From assembly GCA_016937155.1 (NCBI GenBank), contig JAFGWM010000085.1, forward strand, positions 11,733 through 75,732: a stretch of DNA of 64,000 bases. Direction: 5' to 3'. Under the pieces are notes generated by a model. That model searched no databases. It was not told where the DNA came from and saw only the letters and a list, made by a program, of their open reading frames with translations. Below are positions 55,021 through 64,000 of the stretch, in pieces. How positions within the stretch are numbered: the first letter of the stretch is position 1; every line of letters begins with the position of its first letter. The position numbers and the translations under genes were made by a program. The stretch comes from Deltaproteobacteria bacterium (GTDB lineage: Bacteria > Myxococcota_A > Polyangia > HGW-17).

Positions 55021-57240
55021 TTAGTCTACAGGTGCAACACCGGTAACCCATCTTCTGTATGAAACCACCAGCTCATTGATACTGTTCGGCTCAAAATTCT
55101 GTCCGTAAAGTACTATGGAGTTGGTACTTGAATGATAATCAAAACCAAGTGTTCTGGATCTTTCCAGTGGCGTATTTTCAAGGGCTACAGCAATACTGGT
55201 ACTTATTGGAAAATGAGCAAGAATCAAAGGAGATGCCTTGGCCACAATGCTATCGAGAATCATATTCATGGTTGTCATAAAGTCAGGAGCGCAAACACTG
55301 CCAATCTGTCCACCGGTAGCCATTGCCAGTTCATAATAACCCGTTCCGGGATCAGGTGCAGTCCCGCCATTTGCTGTCAGACAGCTATCGGGATATCCCA
55401 GTATTGCGTGGGCAACCCCTCCAGGACCGTCATCAATATTTCTCTGGAGCAAATTGTTTTTAAGATATGAATAACTACCTGAAGGAAGTCCTTCAAGACA
55501 TGAAAGAACTGAAGGATCATTGTACGGTCCATCACAGTCTTCATCAGCAGCTTCCTGATCATTTTCATCAGTTTCAAAAATTACAACGAGAACAGCATCA
55601 GGTCTTATGTCGTTATAATGTCTGGCAACACTTCGTTGAGCCTGCTGAAGACCATACTCACTGCTACTATCAGCTTCATAGTCACCACTCGGTTTATAAG
55701 CACATGCAGCGAACTCAGAACTCTGAGATGGTAACAGCCATTCGTCACCTGTCTGCTCATCACCGGTACAGAATCTTCCATCAGGTTCATATCCATTGCA
55801 GGTTCCAAACATATCCATTGTACAGAGAGTCATATCTATAACCCCCATTCTGAAATCAAGACCAGCATTTACAGCATTATTAAAAAACATCACCGTGGAA
55901 TCAGCAATTTTTTGTCGTTCATCACCGGTAGAACCGCTTTCGTCAATCACCCAGATAATGTCAGCTTTCAATGTGGGAGTGTAATAATACCCTTCGCATT
56001 CATCTTCGTAACTGGCATCAAATTGAGCAATTCCACTTCCATTACTGAGATCATCAAGTAAAAATCCGCTCTGATGTTCCTGATTCACATAGTCATCAAA
56101 AAGTGCAACACCACCCATCATAATAATGGCGTCATCATCACCTGAAGTTGGAGGACGTTTTTCCAGCATGAATTCAACCATGAAGTTGGTTCCTGATGTT
56201 CCATAATCGGTCCCCGTTGATGTGATATCTCCTGGCTGGATATCCAGCATTGCTGCAGCTACTCTTTTTCTCGCTTCAGTCACAGTAATTGAATCAGGAG
56301 TCACAATCTGAACTGCGATGTTTGTAATCAGCGGGAATTCATCATGGCTCATCCCTGAAATACCACTTGATCTCACAACGCTGCCGACCCCGAGAGCACT
56401 GGTTATTCTACTGGAAATTTCGTATACATCAGTTGTAATTGATGCACCTGGAGGATTTCTGTGAACAACAAATCCGGCTATCTGTGCTCCAACCCAATCC
56501 ATATCAATGTTCATGATTCCCCCTGCTGAAGAATCAGATAATGAAGCTTCATAAACCACTGCAGACTCTTCTGTTGCAAGACGATAATAATCCCCTGAGT
56601 GGTTTACAAACTGTACCGGTTTACGCCCCATAGGATTATCTTCACTCTGTTGAGAACAGATTCGGCTCCCTTCCTGACCATCAGGAATACCATCACCGTC
56701 TGTGTCAGGATTTGTAGGATCTGTTTCCCCCATGGAACAGAGAAGATTGAATTTCAGAACACATTCCCCATTGACGCAGGTTTGACTTTCATGGCATTCA
56801 TTACCCACCGGGCATTTATCCACACATTTTCCTATCTTTCCATCTCCGTTCTGATCCTCCTCCCCGTCATTCAGACCATCATTATCAGAATCCTTATCTC
56901 TGTAATCGGGATCTCCATCACCATCACTGTCTATTGGAAATTCAGGATAATCTCCTGCCTCCACCCGATCACTGACTCCATCATTATCGGAATCTGTGTC
57001 GTTGAAATCATACCATCCATCACCATCACTATCACGGACTTCACTACCACAGCCTTCAACTCTGTTTGGAATACCGTCAAGATCATCATCCCCATCAGGA
57101 TCGCTGCAGTCAGTAGCATTCGTGTTGGAGTTTGTATTGTTGTTTGTGTTGTTGAATTTTTCGGAGCTGTCGGGATCACAGCCAAGTATCAGAATGGAAA
57201 AACCAATGACAGCCACATACAGATATGAAAATTTTCTCAT
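55021..57240 (-). CDS. lipoprotein with TSP3-type calcium-binding Asp repeats and VWA domain
   Basis: Likely start MRKFSYLYVAVIGFSILILGC at 57240; DSDGDGWYDFNDTDSDNDG... repeats; VWA MIDAS motif DESGST. Confidence 0.75.
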   Translation of the reverse strand: MRKFSYLYVAVIGFSILILGCDPDSSEKFNNTNNNTNSNTNATDCSDPDGDDDLDGIPNRVEGCGSEVRDSDGDGWYDFNDTDSDNDGVSDRVEAGDYPEFPIDSDGDGDPDYRDKDSDNDGLNDGEEDQNGDGKIGKCVDKCPVGNECHESQTCVNGECVLKFNLLCSMGETDPTNPDTDGDGIPDGQEGSRICSQQSEDNPMGRKPVQFVNHSGDYYRLATEESAVVYEASLSDSSAGGIMNIDMDWVGAQIAGFVVHRNPPGASITTDVYEISSRITSALGVGSVVRSSGISGMSHDEFPLITNIAVQIVTPDSITVTEARKRVAAAMLDIQPGDITSTGTDYGTSGTNFMVEFMLEKRPPTSGDDDAIIMMGGVALFDDYVNQEHQSGFLLDDLSNGSGIAQFDASYEDECEGYYYTPTLKADIIWVIDESGSTGDERQKIADSTVMFFNNAVNAGLDFRMGVIDMTLCTMDMFGTCNGYEPDGRFCTGDEQTGDEWLLPSQSSEFAACAYKPSGDYEADSSSEYGLQQAQRSVARHYNDIRPDAVLVVIFETDENDQEAADEDCDGPYNDPSVLSCLEGLPSGSYSYLKNNLLQRNIDDGPGGVAHAILGYPDSCLTANGGTAPDPGTGYYELAMATGGQIGSVCAPDFMTTMNMILDSIVAKASPLILAHFPISTSIAVALENTPLERSRTLGFDYHSSTNSIVLYGQNFEPNSINELVVSYRRWVTGVAPVD

Positions 57241-57566
57241 AACAAAACTCCTGTAAAAATAAAATACTGAATTAACCATAGCATGGTAAATGAATTTTTC
57301 AATTTTTTCCATTAATTATAATCAAAATTTCACAGTTGAAGCTTTAGAAAATCCCAAAAAATATAAAAATAGTTCCATAACACATAAACGTACTGATATT
57401 TTTTTAAAGTATGTAAAAATTTAGAGACCAAAGCAATTGATAAAGAGCCAAGGTTATAATTTTGTAGACTCCACTGCATAACTGATTTTGAAATTCCCTG
57501 GATAAGTGGTATTATACCCACCATTCTGATAAAATTCAGGATAATTCCAGTAGAGGAAAATTTTAG

Positions 57567-59054
57567 ATGATGAAAAAAACATTATTATTTCTGACACTTG
57601 TACTGATAATGCCATCGACAGCTTTTTCAAGCGAAGAAACATGGGTTGCTGGGTCTCCATTTAACTGGGAAGTTAAAAAGTCACAACCTTTAGGGTTCAG
57701 TATTAACCTTGGATTCAGATATGAAAGCGAAAGCAGCGCCATCAGCCGTGAGGAAGTATACAGTGGCAGTGACAGCCATGTTGTGAAAGATCTGGCTTTC
57801 AGCCGAAATACTTCCATTCTGGATCTCGGCGGTGAATTCGGATTCAAGGGTTTTTCATTTTTTCTGAATTTACCAATTACTATCTCTTCCCAGTCTATCT
57901 TCAAATTTCAGGATGGAAGTACTTACACTGGTTATGCGGACTTTGAAAGCTGCCTGGATCGTCATCCGACTGAAGAATACCTGTGCAACCCAAGTGGTGT
58001 CAATTCCACCAATTCAACTACTGTACTCAGCGGTATCAGTGACGGCCTTTTCACTCCTGATTCTCCACTGGCTGGAGATGCCGGGGTAAGAACCCTTTTC
58101 AAGGGAAAAAACAGAAGCGGCCTGGATCAACTTCATCTGGGATTCAAATTTAATGTACCAATATTCAATCAGGAGGAAGATCATACCAAACCGTTCTGGG
58201 TGCTTGTTGTGGATCTTGGACTTCCTGTTGGTGAAGTAATGGATTTTGAGAGAAATTCTGCAGGGGATCCGCTCTGCAGCAATGGTTCAGCATGCGTCAA
58301 CCCTGAAATCCAGAGACCGGTTCTGAACGGCGCTGTTGGTAAAGGTGTTTATGACGTGACTCTGTCCTCAGTAATGAGCAAATCCATTGGACGTTTCGAC
58401 ACTTATTTCAAACTGTATGCTACTCTCCCTTTCGCCTACGATTCAGACAGTTTTTATGGCAGCAAGTATAATTTCAGTGATAACTGGGGTATGAAAGATA
58501 TGAAAGCCCCTATCAAGGGTGGTATCCTTTTCGGCGGAGATGTAAATGTATACAAGAATTCAGAAAATAAAATTGCAGTAAATATTTTCGCAAAAGGAGC
58601 AATAAAAGGAGTTTTTGAGGGTCAGGATTATTCCGAAGCATACGAACTTTTTGCCGGTTCACCTGCACTAAACTTTTATGACGGACATGAAACACTCAAC
58701 ATACTTACGAGTGATCAAACCCTTACCAACAGAATCCAGTATTTCCCTGGTATCACAACAGTCGAAAATTATGCTATTTTTGAAGCACTGCTTGGAGTGA
58801 ATGTTCGTGTAACTGAGTATGCAATATTTCAACTTGCCTATGGACTAAAGCATCATACAGAGCATTTTATCACTTATGCTGACAGAGGTGTTGATGGCAA
58901 GGATCCAACTGCTACCACTCCAGGGGAAATTGATACAGGCACAAGGGAAATAAATCCTTACTACCGCGAAAACATTGATTCAACAGGTAAGAGATACCGT
59001 GTGCAGGAAACTATGGTACACTCATTACTTCTCAGTTTCAGAGTATTTTACTAA
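57567..59054 (+). CDS. secreted, probable outer-membrane beta-barrel protein
   Basis: Signal peptide MMKKTLLFLTLVLIMPSTAFS/SEE; beta-rich; C-terminal ...SFRVFY aromatic terminus; GAGGAAAA RBS. Confidence 0.55.
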   Translation: MMKKTLLFLTLVLIMPSTAFSSEETWVAGSPFNWEVKKSQPLGFSINLGFRYESESSAISREEVYSGSDSHVVKDLAFSRNTSILDLGGEFGFKGFSFFLNLPITISSQSIFKFQDGSTYTGYADFESCLDRHPTEEYLCNPSGVNSTNSTTVLSGISDGLFTPDSPLAGDAGVRTLFKGKNRSGLDQLHLGFKFNVPIFNQEEDHTKPFWVLVVDLGLPVGEVMDFERNSAGDPLCSNGSACVNPEIQRPVLNGAVGKGVYDVTLSSVMSKSIGRFDTYFKLYATLPFAYDSDSFYGSKYNFSDNWGMKDMKAPIKGGILFGGDVNVYKNSENKIAVNIFAKGAIKGVFEGQDYSEAYELFAGSPALNFYDGHETLNILTSDQTLTNRIQYFPGITTVENYAIFEALLGVNVRVTEYAIFQLAYGLKHHTEHFITYADRGVDGKDPTATTPGEIDTGTREINPYYRENIDSTGKRYRVQETMVHSLLLSFRVFY

Positions 59055-59059
59055 AAATA

Positions 59060-60157
59060 ATGCCTGATTCAGAAGAAAGAATTGCTCTGACCCCTGTACC
59101 CACAATCAGTGGTGACTGGCCGATTATTCCGGAAACCTTGCGCATTGTTAAAAAAATTGGTGAAGGAGGGATGGCAAAGGTTTACAAGGCTATTCAGGAA
59201 CCTCTTGAACGTGAAATTGCTTTAAAAATATTAACTGTTCCTACCAATGACAATATACGCCGATTCAGGCATGAATCTAAAATTATGGCATCTTTCCAAC
59301 ATGAGAACATTGTGGGTGTTCATGATATGTACAGTAAAAACTCACGACTGTTTATGCTCATGGAACTGGTTGAGGGTGTTGATCTAACCCAGATCCTTGA
59401 AAACAAAGAGCCAGTACCGCCTGTAGTGGCTGCTGGGATAATTCTAAAAGTTGCACGAGCTCTCGAATATATTCACGCAAGAAATATTCTTCATCGTGAT
59501 ATTAAGCCTGGAAATATAATTATGAGTTATCATGGAGATATCAAAATTACTGATTTTGGAATTTCCCGTGAACTTAACTCCAGTGATAAAAATAAAGACA
59601 ACGATTCAAGTATGGGAACACCTTCTTATATGAGTCCTGAACAACTTTTGGGAACTGAGCAGGATGGGAGAAGTGATATCTACAGTCTTGGAATTGTTTT
59701 CTATCGTCTATTAACTGGAGCTCAACCTTTTCTATATAGCAGTCAGGATACACTGTTCTCTAAAATAGTAGGACATCTTCCTCTGGCCCCCAGGCATCTG
59801 CTGCCATCGGTTCCCCAGACACTTGAAAAAATAGTCATGAAATGCATCGCAAAGAGGAAAGAGGACAGGTACCGGAATGCAACTGTTTTGCAGCGTGAAC
59901 TCGAGCGGTATCTGTCAAAACATAATCCTTCAATGAATTTTAAGGCTATTTTTATCCGGTTTCTGGAGGAAAAAAGTTTTCTGGATTCTCAGACGACTAA
60001 TAAACAGTTAAAGAAACTTGAGGAATGCGGGTATGATATCTCAACTCACAAATCTTCCGGAATTTCATGGCTGGTTATACTAATTTTAGTTTTGTTTATC
60101 CTTCTTGGTTGCGAAACAATTTTGCTATTTAGAATTACAGGGGCCGGCGGTTTCTAA
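59060..60157 (+). CDS. Hanks-type Ser/Thr protein kinase with C-terminal TM anchor
   Basis: GEGGMAKVYKA, ALKIL, HRDIKPGNIIM, DFGIS, GTPSYMSPE. Confidence 0.85.
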   Translation: MPDSEERIALTPVPTISGDWPIIPETLRIVKKIGEGGMAKVYKAIQEPLEREIALKILTVPTNDNIRRFRHESKIMASFQHENIVGVHDMYSKNSRLFMLMELVEGVDLTQILENKEPVPPVVAAGIILKVARALEYIHARNILHRDIKPGNIIMSYHGDIKITDFGISRELNSSDKNKDNDSSMGTPSYMSPEQLLGTEQDGRSDIYSLGIVFYRLLTGAQPFLYSSQDTLFSKIVGHLPLAPRHLLPSVPQTLEKIVMKCIAKRKEDRYRNATVLQRELERYLSKHNPSMNFKAIFIRFLEEKSFLDSQTTNKQLKKLEECGYDISTHKSSGISWLVILILVLFILLGCETILLFRITGAGGF

Positions 60158-61386
60158 TTCCTGACACATCGCACATGACGTGATTCCGATTGAATATAAA
60201 AGTGAGAGAAACCCGTAGAAAAGTCAGCGTACAGGGCAAAACTGTTGTAATTTCTGGCAGTCGAAGACCAGTACTGACCAGCGTTATTATCAAATAATTC
60301 ACCGTAAAAAGGTGTGTTCGGAAAAGCCTCAGTATCGATTGACGGATATTTTCTGCTGGAATCAATTATGGAAACGAGTTCAATTATATTCGGCAGCCGC
60401 CAGTCACTTTTTCCACCCAGTGAAAGATTTTCACAGTAAGCCAGAGAAGATTTCCAGTCCAGCATCAAAGCCTCACCTTCTTCGCAATTATCGCCATACT
60501 CCCCAAAGCTGCACCGTTGCCAGACTAAACCAGTGGATAGATCCCCGGTCGTTCCAGCGGACGATACAATGTATCTTCTTTTTTCAAGGAACTCAGAGTC
60601 ACCTCTTATACATCGAACATAGCATCCATCCCAGTCTGAAGACAACTTATCATTGAGATGATATTCGTAGCCGCTCCCCTCTGAAATGTCACCACTATTG
60701 GAAAGAAGAGCCCAGGCGACATCTGAATCACCAGAGTAATCAGTTACACTCCAGTAGCATTCACTCCACCACATTTCATAAATTTCATGAAATTTCGAGG
60801 GCGAATTAATAAATATTACCTCGTCAAAAACAGGAGACTGTCTTGAGTAATCCACAATTGACTGAATTTCGTATCTGTCAGGCAATCGCCAATCCTGATA
60901 GCCTCCAGCGGTAAGGGTTGCACAATAATCCAGTGCCTGATACCAGTTCATTGTTTCAGCCTGTCCAAGACATTCAACTTCGCTCTGCCCTGCGCTGCAC
61001 TTTTGCCAGAAATAATCAGTAATCTTATCTACCACTACAGCTCCATCTGAATCAATGTTAAACCTCAGGTCTGGGGTATTTTGAGTATCCCAGCCATACT
61101 GGGCATCCTGACCACAATAGTCAGTGAATGCACACTGAGAGCCAGCTTCTGAAGGACATTCTATTGTTCCATCAGCACCATCTTCCGAGGGTCCATAGCA
61201 AACCCTGAGTGATGTATCGGGTAAATATCTCTTTTTGGAACAGTCTGAACCACAATTTTCAGTCTCAATACATTCTCCACTGAGACATACCCCCTTACTG
61301 TCACTGCATGGCGCAAAATCGTTTTTACATTCTGCCGGATTCTGACACCCGAACAGTACAAACACAAGGATCCATATTATCTTCAT
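60154..61386 (-). CDS. lipoprotein with two DUF1566 (Lcl C-terminal-type) domains
   Basis: Lipobox VLFGC; two units, each with DWRLP(D/N)xxE(I/L)xSI(V/I)D and terminal (Y/H)VRC(I/V)R. Confidence 0.7.
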   Translation of the reverse strand: MKIIWILVFVLFGCQNPAECKNDFAPCSDSKGVCLSGECIETENCGSDCSKKRYLPDTSLRVCYGPSEDGADGTIECPSEAGSQCAFTDYCGQDAQYGWDTQNTPDLRFNIDSDGAVVVDKITDYFWQKCSAGQSEVECLGQAETMNWYQALDYCATLTAGGYQDWRLPDRYEIQSIVDYSRQSPVFDEVIFINSPSKFHEIYEMWWSECYWSVTDYSGDSDVAWALLSNSGDISEGSGYEYHLNDKLSSDWDGCYVRCIRGDSEFLEKRRYIVSSAGTTGDLSTGLVWQRCSFGEYGDNCEEGEALMLDWKSSLAYCENLSLGGKSDWRLPNIIELVSIIDSSRKYPSIDTEAFPNTPFYGELFDNNAGQYWSSTARNYNSFALYADFSTGFSHFYIQSESRHVRCVRN

Positions 61387-61478
61387 CAGAGATTCCTTAA
61401 CATGTGAAAATAGTTTTCTAATTATTCCCAGACTATCATTTCCTGAAAGAATTTAAAATTAAGTTGACAGGAAAAAGT

Positions 61479-62906
61479 CTATTGGGTCAGGACATCCCGG
61501 ATTCCCACCAGTGTTTTTATGTATTTTGACTCGGAGTTGTTATCTTTGGCTAAAATCAGGTATTTATTTATACATGATAAGGCTTCTTTTTTATTCCTGA
61601 GTTTCAAATTTGCCATTGCGCATATTCTTGCTGGAACAGGATTCAAAGCATCGGAATCTCTGGATTTTTCTGATACTTCGATAGCTTTTTTATAATTTCC
61701 TTTCTCATAATAAACCCAGCTTAAAAAACCAAGAAGAAAAGCATCATCTTTTTTTACTTTAAGAGCCTGAATTAAAAACTGCTCAACTTCCTTAAACATC
61801 TTCTTGTCAATCATTTCAGTAATTTTCTTCTGGGTTGATGTGGCTGGTGGTGAAACGACAGGGGTTTCCGGTCGGGAATCAGTAATCTCCTTTTTTAAAG
61901 TGGCTATATACTCTGAAGCAAGTTTTTTCCACTTTTCCTGTCCTTTTCTAACCTCATTTTTAAGATATGCCTGATAATAATATATTCCCTCAGAGTTTTT
62001 TCCTGATAACCGCATTGTTTCAGCTATTCCAAAAAGAACATCCGGATCACCGGGGTAGTACTTCAAATAGGTTTTATAAATACCGGCGGCGATTTTATAA
62101 CGTCCATTCTGTCTTTCACACCAAGCATTTGCATATAATAACACCTTGTGTCTGGGATGATACAAAAGCCCCTTAACAATATGCCCAAGAGTCTGGCTGC
62201 AGATATTCATCTCAATTGTAAGTGAAACCATGCCTGTTAAACTGTTTATATGTGAAGGACAACTGGATAATGCACTGTTCAGATATTTTACGGCCTTTAC
62301 TTTGTCGCCTTTCTGATATTGCTTTATTGCATTTTTATACGCAATTTCAGCGTATGAATTACATTCATCCTTTTTCACCCCATCATGAGAAATTCTTGAC
62401 TTGATTCGGATAAGAGCTTTTCTGGCTTTCTCTGTCCAGTTTTTCTCAGAATTGTTTTTTTGCATACTCAGATAAGTGTTCAGGGCATTTAGCGCAGATT
62501 TAAGATTCCCCAGAGTTTCATAACACAATCCAAGATTGTACCATGGATCAGGATCCAGAGGCTCCATGTTTATGTATCTTCTATAACTGCTGACACTTTT
62601 TTTACAGTCGCCAGTCTTTTTCTGAGAGTAAGCGAGAATATACCAGGAAATTGAAATTTTAGGATTCAGCAGGGTAATTTTTTCGTAGCGATCTCTTGCC
62701 TTTTTGTTCATTCCTTTCAAAAGATACAAAACCCCAAGCTTTTTGATTGCTGTTATGTTTGAAGTATCTGATTCCAGAACTTTTTCATAATTTACTATTG
62801 CAGCTTCTATTTCGCCTTTTTTTTCTAGTTCTTGCGCCCTTTTTAAAACCTTTGTCACAGGGACCGTTTGAATGACAAAAAAGATGGAGAATAAAAAGGA
62901 AAACAT
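61479..62906 (-). CDS. TPR repeat protein (signal peptide/N-terminal anchor)
   Basis: Multiple 34-aa TPR-like repeats (AxxYxxKGNYxxAI pattern). Confidence 0.7.
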   Translation of the reverse strand: MFSFLFSIFFVIQTVPVTKVLKRAQELEKKGEIEAAIVNYEKVLESDTSNITAIKKLGVLYLLKGMNKKARDRYEKITLLNPKISISWYILAYSQKKTGDCKKSVSSYRRYINMEPLDPDPWYNLGLCYETLGNLKSALNALNTYLSMQKNNSEKNWTEKARKALIRIKSRISHDGVKKDECNSYAEIAYKNAIKQYQKGDKVKAVKYLNSALSSCPSHINSLTGMVSLTIEMNICSQTLGHIVKGLLYHPRHKVLLYANAWCERQNGRYKIAAGIYKTYLKYYPGDPDVLFGIAETMRLSGKNSEGIYYYQAYLKNEVRKGQEKWKKLASEYIATLKKEITDSRPETPVVSPPATSTQKKITEMIDKKMFKEVEQFLIQALKVKKDDAFLLGFLSWVYYEKGNYKKAIEVSEKSRDSDALNPVPARICAMANLKLRNKKEALSCINKYLILAKDNNSESKYIKTLVGIRDVLTQ

Positions 62907-63023
62907 TGCTAAAACCTTTCGATTGGGTAAAGTCCCTATCCCACAGGTATATCGACATAAATATGTCTGTGTTTAGGTTTTCCCTACTTTAGTAAATTAC
63001 TTTATTCCGGTGGTCTTTTATAA

Positions 63024-63908
63024 ATGCACGGACTTTTATTTGGAATATCAATGTCGCTGATCAGTTCCCTTTTTTGGGCAACTGCTGTTATCAATTTTAG
63101 AAAAGCAAGAGATACCAAGAGTTCTCTTGTTGTGAATCTTGGAAAAAATGTGATTGGAATTATCGCATTTGGAATCGCTCTTTTGGTGACCGGGACATCA
63201 CTTACTCCAGAGGCGGGAATTGAAACTCAATTAAGATTACTGGCAAGTGGTGTATTTGGTGTAGCACTTGGGGATCTGCTTTTTATGGCATCTCTATACC
63301 TTCTTGGAGCAGGATTAAACAGCATTGTGGGATGTTTTTATACTCCAATGCTGATAACAGGCAGTATTTTGTTCCTTGGTGAATCTGTATCACCAGGATT
63401 ATGGGCAGGTGGAACACTGGTCATGGCGGCCATTTATCTGGCAAGTGTGGATAATCTCAAACAGAGACCCAGAAGTCTTAAACTTGGAATTATTATAGGA
63501 TTCTTAAGTATGGCCGCAACGGTTTCAGGTGTTGTCTTCATGAAACCTGTATTGACAACACATTCGCTTTTGTGGGTTAATTTCATAAGACTTCTAACTG
63601 GAATGCTGTTTTTAATCATTTATCTGATGATTAAACCCGGAAGAGCTAAGGATATAGAGGGAATGAAAATAAAGGATGGCTGGATAAATCTAATTATAGG
63701 AGGGCTTTCCGGAAGTTTTCTTGCCGTGTTTTTCTGGACAGTCAGCCTGAAGTCTCTTCCTGCCTCTCTGGTTGCTGTACTGGGACAGTTGACAGTTATT
63801 GTCATACTTATTTTTGCAAGATTCTGGTTAAATGAGTCTCTGACCCCCAGAAAAATTCTGGCCAGTTTTATAGCTGTTACAGGGGCTATACTTGCTAGTG
63901 TTTTCTGA
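63024..63908 (+). CDS. DMT-superfamily (EamA-like) transporter
   Basis: 10 predicted TM helices in two repeated halves; the standard-size (~290 aa) EamA pattern. Confidence 0.65.
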   Translation: MHGLLFGISMSLISSLFWATAVINFRKARDTKSSLVVNLGKNVIGIIAFGIALLVTGTSLTPEAGIETQLRLLASGVFGVALGDLLFMASLYLLGAGLNSIVGCFYTPMLITGSILFLGESVSPGLWAGGTLVMAAIYLASVDNLKQRPRSLKLGIIIGFLSMAATVSGVVFMKPVLTTHSLLWVNFIRLLTGMLFLIIYLMIKPGRAKDIEGMKIKDGWINLIIGGLSGSFLAVFFWTVSLKSLPASLVAVLGQLTVIVILIFARFWLNESLTPRKILASFIAVTGAILASVF

Positions 63909-63928
63909 TTGTTTAAATGGAGTTTGAA

Positions 63929-64000
63929 ATGGAAAAAATAATTTCTAAAGAGTGTGTAAAATGCGGTAAAACCTTCGATTTCAATAAGGATATAATGACA
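63929..64000 (+). CDS. 5' end of a CDS truncated by the window edge (possible zinc-ribbon protein)
   Basis: GGAG RBS then ATG; MEKIISKECVKCGKTFDF... Confidence 0.3.
   Translation, partial: MEKIISKECVKCGKTFDFNKDIMT

Noticed and set aside
57241-57566. Candidate ncRNA in the 326-bp spacer, with ORFs at 57330-57904
   Set aside because: Extremely AT-rich with no GC-rich stems; it fits a divergent promoter region for the VWA and OMP genes. The listed ORFs overlap the OMP gene in other frames.
1-64000. CRISPR arrays, tRNA/rRNA genes, IS elements, integrases, toxin-antitoxin or restriction-modification genes
   Set aside because: None found on reading intergenic regions and all ORFs; there are no direct-repeat arrays or cloverleaf-capable GC-rich ~75-nt segments in the gaps.

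Overview
This is a low-GC (~38-40%) bacterial chromosomal window, densely coding, with about 51 protein-coding genes. I found no rRNA, tRNA, CRISPR array, transposase or integrase.

The left third carries mostly housekeeping genes: indolepyruvate:ferredoxin oxidoreductase iorAB, a UvrD-family helicase, purF, an M20 dipeptidase, a hybrid histidine kinase, a polyprenyl synthase, and tgt and queA.

The middle is an ~18-gene co-directional, tightly overlapping minus-strand string running rpmH, rnpA, yidD-yidC, mnmE, ribH, nusB. Downstream of nusB it continues without interruption into a translationally coupled four-gene module: a PEP-utilizing dikinase-like enzyme, a MEMO1-family protein, a CDP-alcohol phosphatidyltransferase and a metallophosphoesterase. 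The string then runs on through a TPR membrane protein, a LuxR response regulator, a lipoprotein and VanZ.

The plus strand from 39.5 kb carries a polarity/chemosensory operon: an MglB-like roadblock protein, a 982-aa acidic TPR protein, a REC-DUF4388 regulator, CheY, CheW, an MCP and a CheA-CheW-REC ORF. That last ORF continues in-frame, with no stop codon, into a complete RdgB/Ham1 dITP/XTP pyrophosphatase. The operon has no CheR or CheB.

The right end is a surface/secreted-protein island bracketed by eukaryotic-like Ser/Thr kinases. It holds a kinase with a formylglycine-generating-enzyme domain, a Sel1/Hcp-like Cys-rich repeat protein, a TSP3-VWA lipoprotein, an OMP-like protein, a second kinase, a double-DUF1566 lipoprotein and a TPR protein.

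Three Hanks-type kinases, a Myxococcus-type cysteine-rich-repeat secreted protein, the MglB-like protein and the kinase-FGE fusion suggest a lineage with myxobacteria-/bdellovibrio-like signalling, but iorAB points to a ferredoxin-based, anaerobic amino-acid metabolism. I cannot assign taxonomy from sequence alone.

The candidates most worth follow-up are the dikinase/MEMO/CDP-alcohol-PT/phosphoesterase module, which looks like a head-group biosynthesis pathway, and the CheA::RdgB and YidD::YidC in-frame fusions.
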